Shown here: positions 37,501 to 47,009 of the stretch, piece after piece
Position numbering within the stretch: the first letter of the stretch is position 1
Layout: each line of letters opens with the position of its first letter
Source: Antedon mediterranea
Lineage: Eukaryota > Animalia > Echinodermata
Direction: 5' to 3'
Assembly (NCBI RefSeq): GCF_964355755.1
Contig: NC_092678.1
Location: 2,558,422-2,622,421 of the forward strand
Length of the DNA: 64,000 nucleotides
The notes under the pieces: model-generated
What the model saw: the letters and a program-made list of their open reading frames with translations, nothing else
Databases searched by the model: none
What the model was told of the DNA's origin: nothing
Position numbers and translations under genes: made by a program

Positions 37501-39794
37501 TCTAGTACTACCCCTGCATCAACATGACATGCTGTATAAAAGAACAAAGAGACATAGTTCTTTACATAAATCAGAAGTTTGATTATTGTTTGGCGATTTT
37601 CTTGTCTTGTCAAATCAATATTTGTTTGTTTATTTATTTCAGATAAACACTGGGATTTTGATTCTAGTTATTAAAATTATCATTCAATCTTCAATAAATC
37701 TGCCAAAAGTAAAAAACAAGGATGGCTCGCCCAAGTTCAGGTAACTTTTCTAAAACCTTTCATAGTAATAACTTCAGCATTTTTATTTTAAATGTTCAAA
37801 TAATAACTATAAAGCTCAGAATCTGTTGCCTGACTAGACTACTGCATTCTCTAGAAATGTTTATTTGTTTTTCTTGATGTATATAAAATAGAACATTAAC
37901 TCATTAGATTTATTATCTGCTGTAACTCTGTTATTTCTTTCCAGCTCCATTAGCATAAAATTATTTTTCATCATGTGCAGTTCTATTTTAATATTTTTTC
38001 TTTCCAGCTCCATTAGATCTGGCATAAAGGGATCCGTCATTTTATTACCAATTCTTGGAGCAACATGGATATTTGGAACCTTGTCGCTCAACTCTGATCT
38101 CTTAGTGTTTGAATATTTGTTTGCAGTTTTAAACAGTCTACAAGGCGTATTTATTTTCTTGTTTTATTGTGCTCTGAATTCAGATGTAAGTATTTTTGTA
38201 TTTAAAAGTTTGTGTATGTTTGAGGGAGCTAGTGTTGCTTACCCCAATGTATCTTATGCACTTTGTGTACAAATAAATCGTTTTCAATAAAAGAGGCCAT
38301 ATATAATCAATTTTTTATGTTGTGTGTGACGAAGGCTGTAATTCAAACTAAATGTTCTTTTTTTAGGTACGACGTGCTTTCAAATTAAAATGGACTCAAA
38401 AAATTTCAAACAGTATTTCTCCAGGGGTAAATACAAGTTGTTTATTTAGAATTCACATCCAAGTTTCAAAATTCTATTATTTAATGTAAAATATTAGCAT
38501 ATTTATCTGTATGTTTTATTAATATATTTTGAAAATGTACTCATATTATTTCCATTTTAATTGGCAAAATAAAATTGAACCTTGATGTTGTTTGTTTTGG
38601 AAACAAACAAAAAATGTTTGTATGAGAAAGAATGTAGCTTGTTTGGACCGTATCGACATTGATGGGGAGGATGTTGCCTTCAATCAATAACCAATAATCT
38701 GTAGATAAAACTAACTTAGATTGGTAAAATAATGAAAAAATAGCTTTTGTTGTATTTATTCTTATTTGTAGATGTCCAATGTTAGAGATGACCATAGGTT
38801 AGCCAGTCTCATTCTATCAGGTAACAGATATAAAAAGTCAACGCCATCAACCACAAGACCTATACCACCACGTCCTGCACCACCTTGCAAGGCTATTAGT
38901 ATGCATGTTGAGGATTTAGAAGGTAACGTACCGCATCATATGTGTTCTTCTTTCCCCCACCCTCTTCTACTAAATTGATATTATATAGGTCTATAGGGTT
39001 CTAGTTGAAAGGTACCAAGTCATTTCTCATAGTCATGTATCCAGTCCATTCTAAGTCACCACCAAGAAGCCTTTCTTTAATAGTGCTTGTATGACTGGAT
39101 AACTGGTTGGAGTAGGAACGTTAGTAGACCTAGTAATGTTTTGATGTTACGGCCTGTCAGGAAATTATCTTTTGATGTTAATGCAAAATTTGTATAGAAT
39201 TATTCCATTTCTGAATTCCCAAGGGAAAAATAAGATTTAGATTTATTACATGTACAACACTGGCTCAGTAACTTCACAATATTTAAACAAAGGCGCTCTT
39301 TGATCATCTAATAATATAACTGTATGTTATAGTCCTAATTCTATCTGTCCCAACTTCATATCCATCAACTTAAATTCTACTTTATTTAGGAGAAATCAAG
39401 GACCACAAAGAATTGGTAACATCAAGTGATGTCAACCTGAATCAATCACAGTCCACTTTAGAGAACAAGCCCAAGCATGTAGGTTGATCATATTTAAATC
39501 TCAACACTATAAAAAATGTGATGTGCCCAAATATGGTAGTGATATGACATCATCACGTCCATATATGGGCACAATAAATTTGTTTTTCACATAAAGTTTG
39601 TTAGTCTAGCATTGTACAGGTGCCTACAGATTGCTAATATATTTACATACAACTGAAAATGTAACCCAGAAATACTGTATGAAACATACCCAGTGAAGGT
39701 AAAATAAATTTTTTTTCTTCTTCAGAATAATTCAGAAAATCCATTCAAGAAAAAACCTGTACTGTATCGCAAGAAACCATCATGGAGGATTTGA
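10554..39794 (+). CDS. Adhesion G protein-coupled receptor (Cys-rich modules + 2 TSP1 + GAIN/GPS + 7TM), spliced, 5' end not identified
   Basis: Exons 10554-10796, 11023-11304, 11808-11984 (TSP1 WTSWLSWSSCDAACGTGSQERWRYC), 12458-12760, 13167-13361 (TSP1), 13677-13837, 14023-14125, 14298-14408, 14874-14952, 15379-15561, 16080-16203 (GPS WSQRGC...CKCNHL|TAFGVLM), 16833-16936, 17942-18044 (IHKNL), 18350-18500 (FCWMLIEG...IIGWG), 36498-36564, 37254-37314 (CWL...FVGPV), 37643-37740, 38017-38185 (LLPILGATWIFG...NSLQG), 38367-38426, 38772-38922, 39390-39478, 39726-39794 (TGA). Family-B 7TM motifs are complete; the cytoplasmic-tail exons are less certain. Confidence 0.88.
12092..12275 (+). mobile_element. 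tRNA-derived SINE, degenerate copy of the family at 54636
   Basis: Box A TGGCTGAGAGG, box B GGTTCAAGCC, shared core GATAAGGACT...GCACTTTAAAGAAC...TCTTTCG...GAGTAG. A reverse-strand fragment is at about 16620-16715. Confidence 0.6.
13835..13930 (+). repeat. 30-bp minisatellite (~3 copies) starting at an exon donor site
   Basis: Unit CAGGTAGGTACTGGGGAGGTCTGCATTATA. Confidence 0.85.
14145..14275 (+). repeat. 43-bp tandem repeat x3
   Basis: Unit CTCTATCCTCTTCATGGATTATCAATCAATGAAGTCTTGATGTCA-like. Confidence 0.85.
15043..15199. mobile_element. MITE family A, near-complete copy
   Basis: AAAGCTCTGTGTACACTATCAAA...TTTGATAGTGTAGACAGAGCTTT inverted ends. Confidence 0.8.
17103..17644. mobile_element. 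Putative non-autonomous DNA transposon (TTAA-type target, Kolobok-like)
   Basis: Imperfect TIRs AGACCCCTCCCTAC / GTAGGAAAGGGGTCT flanked by TTAA / CTAA. Confidence 0.5.
17754..17859 (+). repeat. 35-bp tandem repeat x3
   Basis: Unit AACAGGAGGTAGCATTTTGTGTTGCCCTTAAATTT. Confidence 0.9.
18940..19027 (-). pseudogene. 5S rRNA-derived sequence (degenerate, internal deletion)
   Basis: Reverse complement reads GGTTCTTGTCAGATTACCAAAGTTAAGCAATGTTGGACCTGGTTATGAGCTTGGATGGGAGAATATCGGGTGCTG, i.e. the 5S body with a deletion after box C; paralogous to 22671-22770. Confidence 0.75.
19541..21256 (-). CDS. RING-less TRIM-NHL-like protein A (B-box, coiled coil, filamin, NHL propeller), ~571 aa
   Basis: B-box CQDHPD...FCTTCTKSVCKKCVMSCYKDHH, heptad coiled coil, filamin motif VEDMGNGEY...HFKGTPVKIKV, NHL repeats (PMGL...LYVAD, PYDITLTRGGHLMVTDRSHHRIQVFD, VADKDNSVKIF). 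ATG 21256 directly follows a ...TTACAG acceptor; single coding exon. Confidence 0.9.
   Translation of the reverse strand: MSSQEVKGTCCQDHPDNTVERFCTTCTKSVCKKCVMSCYKDHHDMIGMSDAIEAFNKQVTEVIRSAEDVKQELENTFHSIMDDKADFESHVKMIRDVINMHKETIVSKVEEETKKLLLDLEDVCKQRNDAIEGQVKELESHQMEVQSLKRSSLETMNKPEKTKTLDDINTNIHAVNQNIKEMNSRYSSCGNNLKPNFTFNIELDDALTKGLGEIASVDNRFILDKDDRSITVSKEQTFVVKAECLDKNDTCKVAATLITPSGEKTATEVEDMGNGEYRIKGRCDKVGDWKMEVTAGVAHFKGTPVKIKVEPIGLVQTIAAHKHIEYKISDGVLDSDGCLLVSSDCNELLKFTKSGEFVANIKLAQNAMISRMHNMGNGHIVYSDIQRKMVVMLNNKFEEHTQFGKGILEWPMGLKVKNEVLYVADIHLHCVCKFNVEDGSMLGKIGFQGAGKFHPYDITLTRGGHLMVTDRSHHRIQVFDANGTLVKILVNKGKEDGNVLYPCAIVTDMNENIIISSMNKLQLFDRNGIFLKRINDFNDALKNPAGITVISNRPQMIAVADKDNSVKIFNY
22671..22770 (-). 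pseudogene. 5S rRNA-derived sequence (5'-truncated; possible SINE3 head)
   Basis: Reverse complement CACGTTGGAACACCGGTTCTCGTCAGATCACCGAAGTTAAGCAATGTTGGGCCTGTTTAGAACTTTGATGGGAGACCATCTGGGAATATCGTGTGCTGTA follows metazoan 5S rRNA from about nt 15 to its 3' end. Confidence 0.88.
23276..24912 (-). pseudogene. TRIM-NHL-like copy B, 5'-truncated and frameshifted
   Basis: ORFs 24297-24896 and 23276-24208 are colinear with copies A/C. A net 5-nt deletion near 24290-24310 (vs copy C) shifts the frame. Homology starts mid-B-box (~24912) with no acceptor or ATG. Confidence 0.85.
25220..26953 (-). CDS. RING-less TRIM-NHL-like protein C, ~577 aa
   Basis: Same architecture as copy A, uninterrupted ORF, ATG 26953 right after a TTACAG acceptor; candidate upstream donors near 27089 and 27107. 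Confidence 0.9.
   Translation of the reverse strand: MSSQEVQGTCCQDHPDNTVERFCTTCTKRVCKRCIMSCYKDHHDILTMSDAIDAFNKQVTEVIRSAEDIKQELENTFHSIMDDKADFESHVKKIKEVIKMHKETIVSKVEEETKKLLLDLGNVCKQKNDAIEGQVKELESHQMELQSLKRSSSETMNQPEKTKTLDDFNTNINEVKKNVKEMNSQYLSCANNLKPNVTFNSDLDDALTKGLGEITSVDNRFIIEKDDRSITVSKGQTFEVKAESLDKSDTCKVAATLITPSGKQTATEVEHMGSGEYRIKGRCDKEGDWKMEITAGVAHFKGSPVNIKVEPLGLIDNIKIATHKQIWYGVSDVVFNSDSCILVSSDCNELLKFTKSGKFVANIKLAENAKVSKMHSMGNGHIVYSDRQRNIVVMLNDKFEECMQFGKKILKRPLGLTVNNKTQVLYVVDIKANCVCKFDIDGGSLLGKIFLENRNDVDCPNDVTLTREGHLLVTEWSSSRIQMINANGTFTKTLVSKGPNDGKVIHPCAIETDKDENIIVSSDNKVQLFDKNGVFLKRIDTDDDGLKYPFRIIVISNRPQTIAVFDYKDNNVKIFYF
27860..27915 (-). pseudogene. Tiny TRIM B-box remnant
   Basis: Minus strand translates SVYKKCITSCFKDHHDII, matching SVCKKCVMSCYKDHHDMI of the paralogues. 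Confidence 0.7.
29031..29441 (-). pseudogene. TRIM-NHL-like copy D, 3'-truncated (B-box + partial coiled coil)
   Basis: Acceptor-ATG, upstream intron and UTR are homologous to copy C. Homology breaks after KQKNDGIK; no filamin or NHL follows. Confidence 0.8.
31259..32075. mobile_element. Non-autonomous hAT-like DNA transposon
   Basis: 25-bp perfect TIR CAGAGCCATATATATAAAGAGTTAC / GTAACTCTTTATATATATGGCTCTG and perfect 8-bp TSD TACTGAAT (31251-31258, 32076-32083). Confidence 0.85.
32140..33008 (+). repeat. ~60-62-bp minisatellite (~14 units, two variant types)
   Basis: Unit GTATAGTCTGATTGTCAAGTGTCCACAAAACACGTCCACACACAATACATGACTTAGAAACTACCACGCTGTT-like, with a variant carrying GTTTAATATTGTGTGTTTAC. 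Confidence 0.95.
33695..35889 (-). CDS. RING-less TRIM-NHL-like protein E with partially duplicated B-box, ~623 aa
   Basis: Main exon 35549-33695 is open. The proposed first coding exon 35889-35873 (ATG AGG ACC AAA TCA AG|GT, phase 2) joins in frame to the acceptor at 35550. Domains as in copies A and C. Confidence 0.85.
36232..36296 (+). repeat. (TTAATGACCCC)n tandem repeat
   Basis: About six 10-11-bp units. Confidence 0.85.
36647..37031. mobile_element. Degenerate Tc1/mariner-superfamily MITE
   Basis: TA-flanked imperfect TIRs CCGTATTTATTTGAATAAAT / ATTTATTTGAATAAATACTG. Confidence 0.55.
37380..37474 (+). repeat. 31-bp tandem repeat x3
   Basis: Unit GACAACTACTCTAGCTGTACTATCACAATGAT-like. 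Confidence 0.9.
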
Positions 39795-40754
39795 GTTTGG
39801 AAGAATTAATAAAAAAAACACTATAAAGAAAAAACATGTTCTAAATAGCAAAGAACTGCAGTTGGTTTGTTTGAGCTAATGTATAATTTATCTCAAAGAA
39901 AAATGTGCAATACCTAAAGTTCTTTTCTCTGACCAGATTGAATGACACACTTTGCGTTTACATACTGCCTGCTCGTAATACTACTCGGCAAGCGTGTGCT
40001 TTGAGGAAACTTGGAAGGATATGGATTGCACTCAGATTAAGATATGTCAAATAGTTTGTAGCTGAGAGCATTAATTTGTGGAAATTCTTTCTGCTGTAGC
40101 TTTTTATTCAAATTAATCTTTACCTCTTATTAGGGTTCTCTGGTTGGCAAAAGTTTCACTCAAACCACTAAATCCCACTCTCTATGGAACAAATTAAGTT
40201 ATTGACAAGAGTATTCAAGTAAGAAGTTGTTATGGTAAGCAGGATACTTAGATTTTTACTTTTTGCAGCAAAAAATATTTTGATTTTACTCTTCTGATAA
40301 ATTAAATATCTTTAAAGACTCAATTAGTAGCATCTCCTTTAAACATTAAAAATGTAAGACATATATATTTTTCCATTATTTCTAGTAAGTTTAGCTACTT
40401 GCACTTATTGTTTTTGTGAATTAACTTTTTCTAAACAATTAAACTTGAAAACAAGTTAAAGCTACAAAACGTTGATTTTGATATTTTTGTAGGTAGAAGA
40501 TGTGAGATATTTTGTGAACAAAATAATGAAAATTAGAATTTGAATTTTATGTGCATTTATTTACTGAAATAAATATGGTACAGAAACATGTCGTATTGTT
40601 ATTTTCTGTCAAACTATTGACATACTATAAAAATGTTTTGGTTTACTTAATGTATTTTGGTAATAAAGTATTTATATTTTGTTTCCATTGACAATAATTC
40701 AAACCCCATAGTTTCATCCAAAAGAAGATCTCTTATTTCTTTGTCTCTTGTTAT

Positions 40755-43700
40755 TCATTTTCCATTCTCGTCCTTTTTCAAATGAGTATATAGTTCTGTT
40801 TTGTTATTTACAGCTTCTAGTCTCCCTGCAAACTCTTCGTGCCTCATTGTGTTGACTGCTTTAATCCGGCTACTCCATAGTGACAGTAAGGAGACCGGCC
40901 CACCTTAAATAATAAGATAAATAAAAGATAATTCTTTATTGTCATGTATTACCAAATAACTTGAGTTTAAATAATCCACATAAACAACTCTTTATCATTA
41001 AGTCTTGATTTTCAATCATTAATCACGACATCAATAAAGCGAATTTAAAAAATGCACAAAATATGAATACCTTTTTGTCTGTCCCTGCTTTCATCTTTTG
41101 ATATCCTAAGTTTCTTTATTGGCGGTGCGCCCTCGGTTGTCCTTGAATCAGCACTCGATAAGTAGTCCTGTTTTTCTCGATGTGTCATACTTTGCAATCT
41201 GGATTTAAAAAAATGTTTAACAATTATTTTTATAATTACATTTTATGATTTCATTTTCTACTGCACACTTATTAAATATCAAGTTCTTACTTATCTAAGT
41301 CTTTCCACGCCTTTTCTGTTTCACTGGTTTTATCTGTTCCCTTTGCCGTCGTCTTGTCCGACCCTTTCTTTGCATTGCAATCGTTACTCACTGGTTTACA
41401 ATCGTGTAAGCAGTCAAGTACTTGTTTGTGTTCAGGTGATGTGCTACTGTAGGCTTTGAGCAACGACTCTAGCTCCGCCCACATTTGCCTGTAATGTTCT
41501 TCCCTGATGAAGTAAAGTGGAGCTTTATCAAAAATTTCATGCATAACATCTAGATTTAATTGTGGAGTAGGTTTGCGTCAGAGTGTTTTTTTTTCGCAAG
41601 TATTCTCAATGTACTTGATGTATAAAGTACAAATTACGTCAGAGTAGGGAAAACATCTGACCAATTTACATAATTGGCTCAACTGCACTGTGGTGTTTAG
41701 TATTACTGTAGTATTCATAATAAAACTCACTTTTTGGGAGCTTTGCCCCTAATACCTGGTGGTAACGGTAAGGGATCACCCTTTGCTTCGATCCCAACCA
41801 AGTGAAATATGGCTTTCTTGCACTGTGTTACATCTTCCTCATCCAGGCAAAGTTTAGCAATTATTGTTGGTATTGGGTCTATGTGCTGAAAGATAAAATG
41901 TAGACAAGTTCAACTGACGGATCATACATATATCAAATCTGTACACTGATTACAGGTAGTAAAGTGTAAAGAAATACTAACCGATGCCATGTTGAATATG
42001 ATAGTATCGCTAATTACCATTGGCCAATGTCTAGTTTGTCTTTCTAGCTGTGTTTTGGCTGTAAGATACAAATTATGCTTATGAAGAATGAATGAATTAA
42101 AGAGTAACTTATTTGTTGTTAAGTGTGAGATAGTCATTGCATCTTTATCATCTGTTTTGGCTAGTTGGGTTGGTATAATTAATGTATCGTAGATGAGTAC
42201 ATTGCTTGTAAGGGCTATATTAATTTTATATTTGTAATGTGGAATGGATACCCTTTGAAATTGGCACTTCCTTTTCTTGATCGTCTGTAATAGTGAAAGG
42301 TGCAAGGCGGTTGTCTTTCATAAACTCGCCAAAATCTGTGATTCTGTAATCGGTCACTCTCCCACCACAACCTTCACTGATCGACGGCGGATCTTCAAGA
42401 TACGATCGGGAAGTTGATAGGCAGTGGATAAAGATTTCTCCACCATGACTCGTAAGCATATGTGACATGACCTTTGCCCCAGGTTTGCGAGGTTGTTCAA
42501 GCATGACCTGACGACCATTGAGGAGGAAGTTTGTCAGACATAATGAAGGCCTGCTATTCACCTACCAAAAAGATATTTGAACATTATTAATTTCATATTA
42601 TGGTATTATTTAAATATATTGTCATACAGTTGATGTACAGTGCATGATAAAAACATTTGGAAGTATTCCTAAATGAAAATTTGTCCGAAAATATATTGTG
42701 ATAAGAAATTAACTTATTTTATTTTGTGGATACTCACATCAACTGGTGAAATTCTATAGGCACCTGTACAGTAAAGTAATTCTAAAAAAAAAAAAGATAA
42801 AATATTGTAATGTTTTGGCTTTCACTGTCACTGCAAATTTAACATGAAACCATTCAATGAGCTCATAGCCTCTTTAAATCACTAAAGATAAGAACTGTCA
42901 CAATATACAGTAAGAAGTAACAAGAACATTTATTGCATGCATGGCTGCAGTGGATCTATTGTATTACAACTAACCATTTGACATTCCTCTTGGTGAACAC
43001 CATTTCAGTAAGATGTTGTTCTCCTCCTGACTCAGTAATTTATGACCAGCATCACCGCTGGATGAAGGACTTTGAGAAGTGTTCTTGCGAACCTCCTTGT
43101 GGCCGTCCTTATGATGTAGTAATTCTACGTCATAGTTGGCTGAGCTACTAGAATTCTGCTCTTCCTGTTGGGTAAATAACAAGTAAAACGTTAGCATGTA
43201 TTTGAATATATTAATATAATAAAATATAATAATTAATACAGTATGTGAAATTAAGGATCAATTATGGAAGCAGGTTTTATTTGTCTTCAACCTAAATCAG
43301 TGTCATAACAGATAAAAGCGCTTACTGGCTAAACCCAGAGAATGAGCAGCCCAAATGATCCCTAACGCAGCATTGGAGGGCGCTGTTGCTCCCCGCGTTA
43401 TGCTTACATAAGTAAAACTATTAAAACTGCAATGGGACATTAGATGTTGATTATAAAGCTGTAATTTCTTAATGAGAAATATATTATTCAATGGTATATA
43501 TTATTCAATGTTGGTATACAATTCAATGGTGTATATTAATCAATGGTATATTCAATGCTTTAAAAAGCTCATGTATTTACCTTCATTGGAATACCTGTTA
43601 TCGTTGTCATAACTAAATCATGATGCAGCTGAACTAATTTGCATAAATGACTCGCAAGATGCTGTGCAGATACCACCGATATCAACCGAAACGATAAATT

Positions 43701-45015
43701 TGATGACACATTTTGGCGCGCTTTTGATGATAGTGATAACGACGAATCTTCTGGAATGTGTACATGGAGTACAACAAGTTCGCAGTGGTTTATTAACAGC
43801 AAACTGAAAAATCAGAGTTGGTATCAATTAACAGTTTTTTTTGTGGGTGTATGATTTTTTAGAATGAATAGATTCTGATCATTTTTTAATTTTGTTTCAG
43901 TTTTTAGCGTCAGTAATAGAAGATTTGCACAATCTGACAAACATTTCAAGACTGAAGTGAGAAAAACTTATTTTTTTAGCACTACTAATTCACAGTATTA
44001 TTTTCACGTTCAAGTGGAAAAGATTTACTACATTACATGGGTTAATTTATTTTCCCTAAACTTGAATGAATCAAAACTAAACTATGTCTTACTTATCAGA
44101 CCCAGCAGCGATTTTGTTGTGTTGTGTTAAAGCATCTTGTACACTTTTCTTCAAAACTTCAACATGACTTTCACTGTAAACAGAAAAAAAAGTTTATACT
44201 AATAGCAAAGAACGATAATTTTTTTCTAATTTTCTTACTTATTTGTAATTTAAACATATTTTAATGAAATAATGTATTACTTTTTGACTGATGTAAAACA
44301 AATAATTCTGCCCTTATTTGAAACTTTTGAGGCGACATCTGTCATAGATGTGCGCACTCTGTGTTGTTCTTCGGTACACTCACACAACACCTCCACTGCT
44401 GCTGCAAGGCCGTGTAGTATACTGCAATTCTCATCATTACCCTCTGGGTTTGCCGGGCCTAGCTCCGCAAAAATCTGCATCAGCTGAAAGACAATATATA
44501 AAATGTTTTTTTAAAAATGATACTTGATTTATAAATATGTAAATTCATCTGAAGGAATATTTTGTAGAATCTTACGTCACTTAATTTTTGATCCGATTTC
44601 TTCCAAGTATTTAAAAGTCTTGCTTCAGTGTCTGCAGCAATAAATCGTATCTAAAAATTTGGAAAAAACAACTGCAGAATTGGATGTAAGATAAAAACTT
44701 AATATTAAAAAATATACACAACATTTAAATTATTCATTCAAGTGTTTTGGATAATTGCAATTAAAAAAATGTACATTCAGTTCATAAACATACCAACCGA
44801 TCTGATGAAAATATGTCGTATACAATACGGCAGTACTCGAAAGCAGCCTCAACGGCGCATGTCCAAAGCGACTTGCAAAATGGATCAAGAGGAATATTGG
44901 ACACTCCTGAGCGTGATTTGCTGATGATGTCATACTCAATTTTATGGCCGCATGACTTTCCGAAGTACGGGCTGTGATCGACAACGATTACGGTCTTATG
45001 TGAAGCAGGGAACAT
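40755..45015 (-). CDS. INTS13: Integrator complex subunit 13 (asunder), spliced
   Basis: Exons (minus) 45015-44794, 44650-44576, 44483-44281, 44173-44093, 43803-43581, 43164-42975, 42781-42738, 42561-42252, 42058-41982, 41885-41731, 41503-41291, 41198-41071, 40903-40755. Diagnostic peptides SHKTVIVVDH, ANYDVELLH, NSRPSLCLTNFLLNGRQVMLE, EDPPSISEGCGGRVTDYRITDFGEFM and GPVSLLSLWS. No lesion seen. Confidence 0.95.
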
Positions 45016-45299
45016 TCTGAAAAAGCAAAGTAAAATAAGTAAAAACAAAAAAATAATAAATAAAATCCTACAATAAAGATAGCTGCTGTGAGTCTGTGTA
45101 CATCCATCCAAGAAACTTTTTTGTTATATATTGAGATACTGGTTATATTCCTTCCATTTTATTAAATATTAAGTACCAATTATATGAGTATATGAACGCA
45201 ATCTGCCGCTAATATCACTCCTAACGGCGCTGCAAAGCCTAGCGGCCAAGCACAGCATATGTGGCAGAATCAACGGCGGCAGAATAGCAATCCGCTCCG

Positions 45300-45880
45300 C
45301 TGAACTTACTTTCTCTTGCTACTTAGGATTGACCAAACCTGGGCCTAGCTATTTTGAAGAGCTTTTCCACAACTTTTAATATACCATTTGTCAAGATTTT
45401 TGTAGTATAAGCTTGCGAATATATATTATAGATTTTAGTATCGTATTATTATACAATAGACTTTGACAAACGAACGAAAAACCAATGTTTTACTCCTCAG
45501 CAAAAACAAAAACACAACATCGTACAAGTGCGGTTACTCTATTATTTGCCGTCAACTAACCGTCAACTGTTCGTTACAAATCCCGTTAAAATATAGAGGC
45601 TAAGGCCTCATGGTGTAAACACCATGAAAAAGTAAACAATTTTGACGAAAACGATCAATGTATAAGCTGATATTATTGACATATAAATCTCAACCCAATA
45701 TGAATTTCCAATGGAATAAAATACCGTTGACTGAAATTGGTATACAAGCGAGTAGTTGACGAAAAACGCGTGAGCACTCCCGCGCATGGAGACATGCCAT
45801 TGTTTTTGTTTTTCAACTAGGCCTGGGGCCTAGCCTAAACGAGGCCTAACTAGGTACTTTCGTGATAATAGTTATCGATG
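45300..45880. promoter_or_regulatory. Probable bidirectional promoter region INTS13 / DDX20
   Basis: Divergent genes with start codons ~870 bp apart; CpG-richer; candidate INTS13 5'-UTR donor (minus GTAAG) near 45308. Confidence 0.5.
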
Positions 45881-46198
45881 AACACTGGAATGAAAACTGC
45901 ACATGATATAACAATACGGCCTAGGACAGATGATGTTCTAAATGAGGAAAACAGCAACGTTGATTTCGCCTCATATTGCTGTTGTCTAGGCCTAGCCTAC
46001 TAGACTAGGAAGCTAGGCCCGGAGGCAAGGCCCGTGTTGAAAGGATTGCAAAGGACGGGCTTTCACAGCCCATCGCCTATTCAACTGAAAGCCATCCCGC
46101 TTGGACGCTGCGGACTAGGTAGGCCTAAGACTAACGTGTTGTTTTGTATAAATTATGTTTCAACAACGAACACAAAGACTATATAGGCCTACTAAGAC

Positions 46199-47009
46199 TA
46201 TATATGTTATGCGCGATTTGAACGATTTGCGCAATTTGAAATTGCGCAAAAAAATCCTTGCGCAATTTGAAATTGCGCAAAGAATTCTTGCGCAATTTTA
46301 AATTGCGCAAGGATTTTTTTGCGCAATTTCAAATTGCGCAATCAACTTGCGCAATTTCAAATTGCGCAAGAAAATCTTTGCGCAATTTTAAATTGCGCTG
46401 CACAATTTGTAAATTGCGCAAGATAGTTCTTGCGCAATATGACACCTTTGCGCAATTTGAAAACGAACTGTAAATTTTCCCATACATGGCTAGGCTAGGC
46501 CTAGGCAGAGGAGTTTAAAATTTAGTATTTTATTATATAAATAAGACCATTTCAATGAAGATAATGTTTAATACTCACTTTTTAAGTTTTTAATATTAGT
46601 TTAAGCTAGGCCATGTAACCTAGTCAGTATCAGTAGTCCAGACCCTAGCTAGGCTAGAGTAGTATAGCCGGCCGCCCGCGCCGCGCCCGCCTGGTGGAAC
46701 ACCACCGCTTCGTTTTCCTTCGTCGGTTCTTCGACGGTATGCTAACTTATAACAATATTTGCACTACTAAAATAAGGAAATGCGATATTTATCTTTAATT
46801 TTGAATCATTCTTAGAAATTACTATAAAAATATGGGTGTGCATGATTTCACAATCTGTCGAAAAACCTTGCGCAATTTGCAGATTACTTGCGCAATTTAA
46901 TACGTTGCTTGCGCAATTTGAAACACATGTTTCAATTCAAATTGCGCAAGGATTTTTTTTGCGCAATTTCAAATTGCGCAAATCGTTCAAATCGCGCATA
47001 ACATATATA
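46199..47009. mobile_element. Foldback/MITE with long TIRs built of TTGCGCAA palindromes
   Basis: ~70-bp near-perfect TIR TATATATGTTATGCGCGATTTGAACGATTTGCGCAATTTGAAATTGCGCAA... and its reverse complement ending at 47009; subterminal arrays of TTGCGCAATTT(G/C/T)AAATTGCGCAA. Confidence 0.85.
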
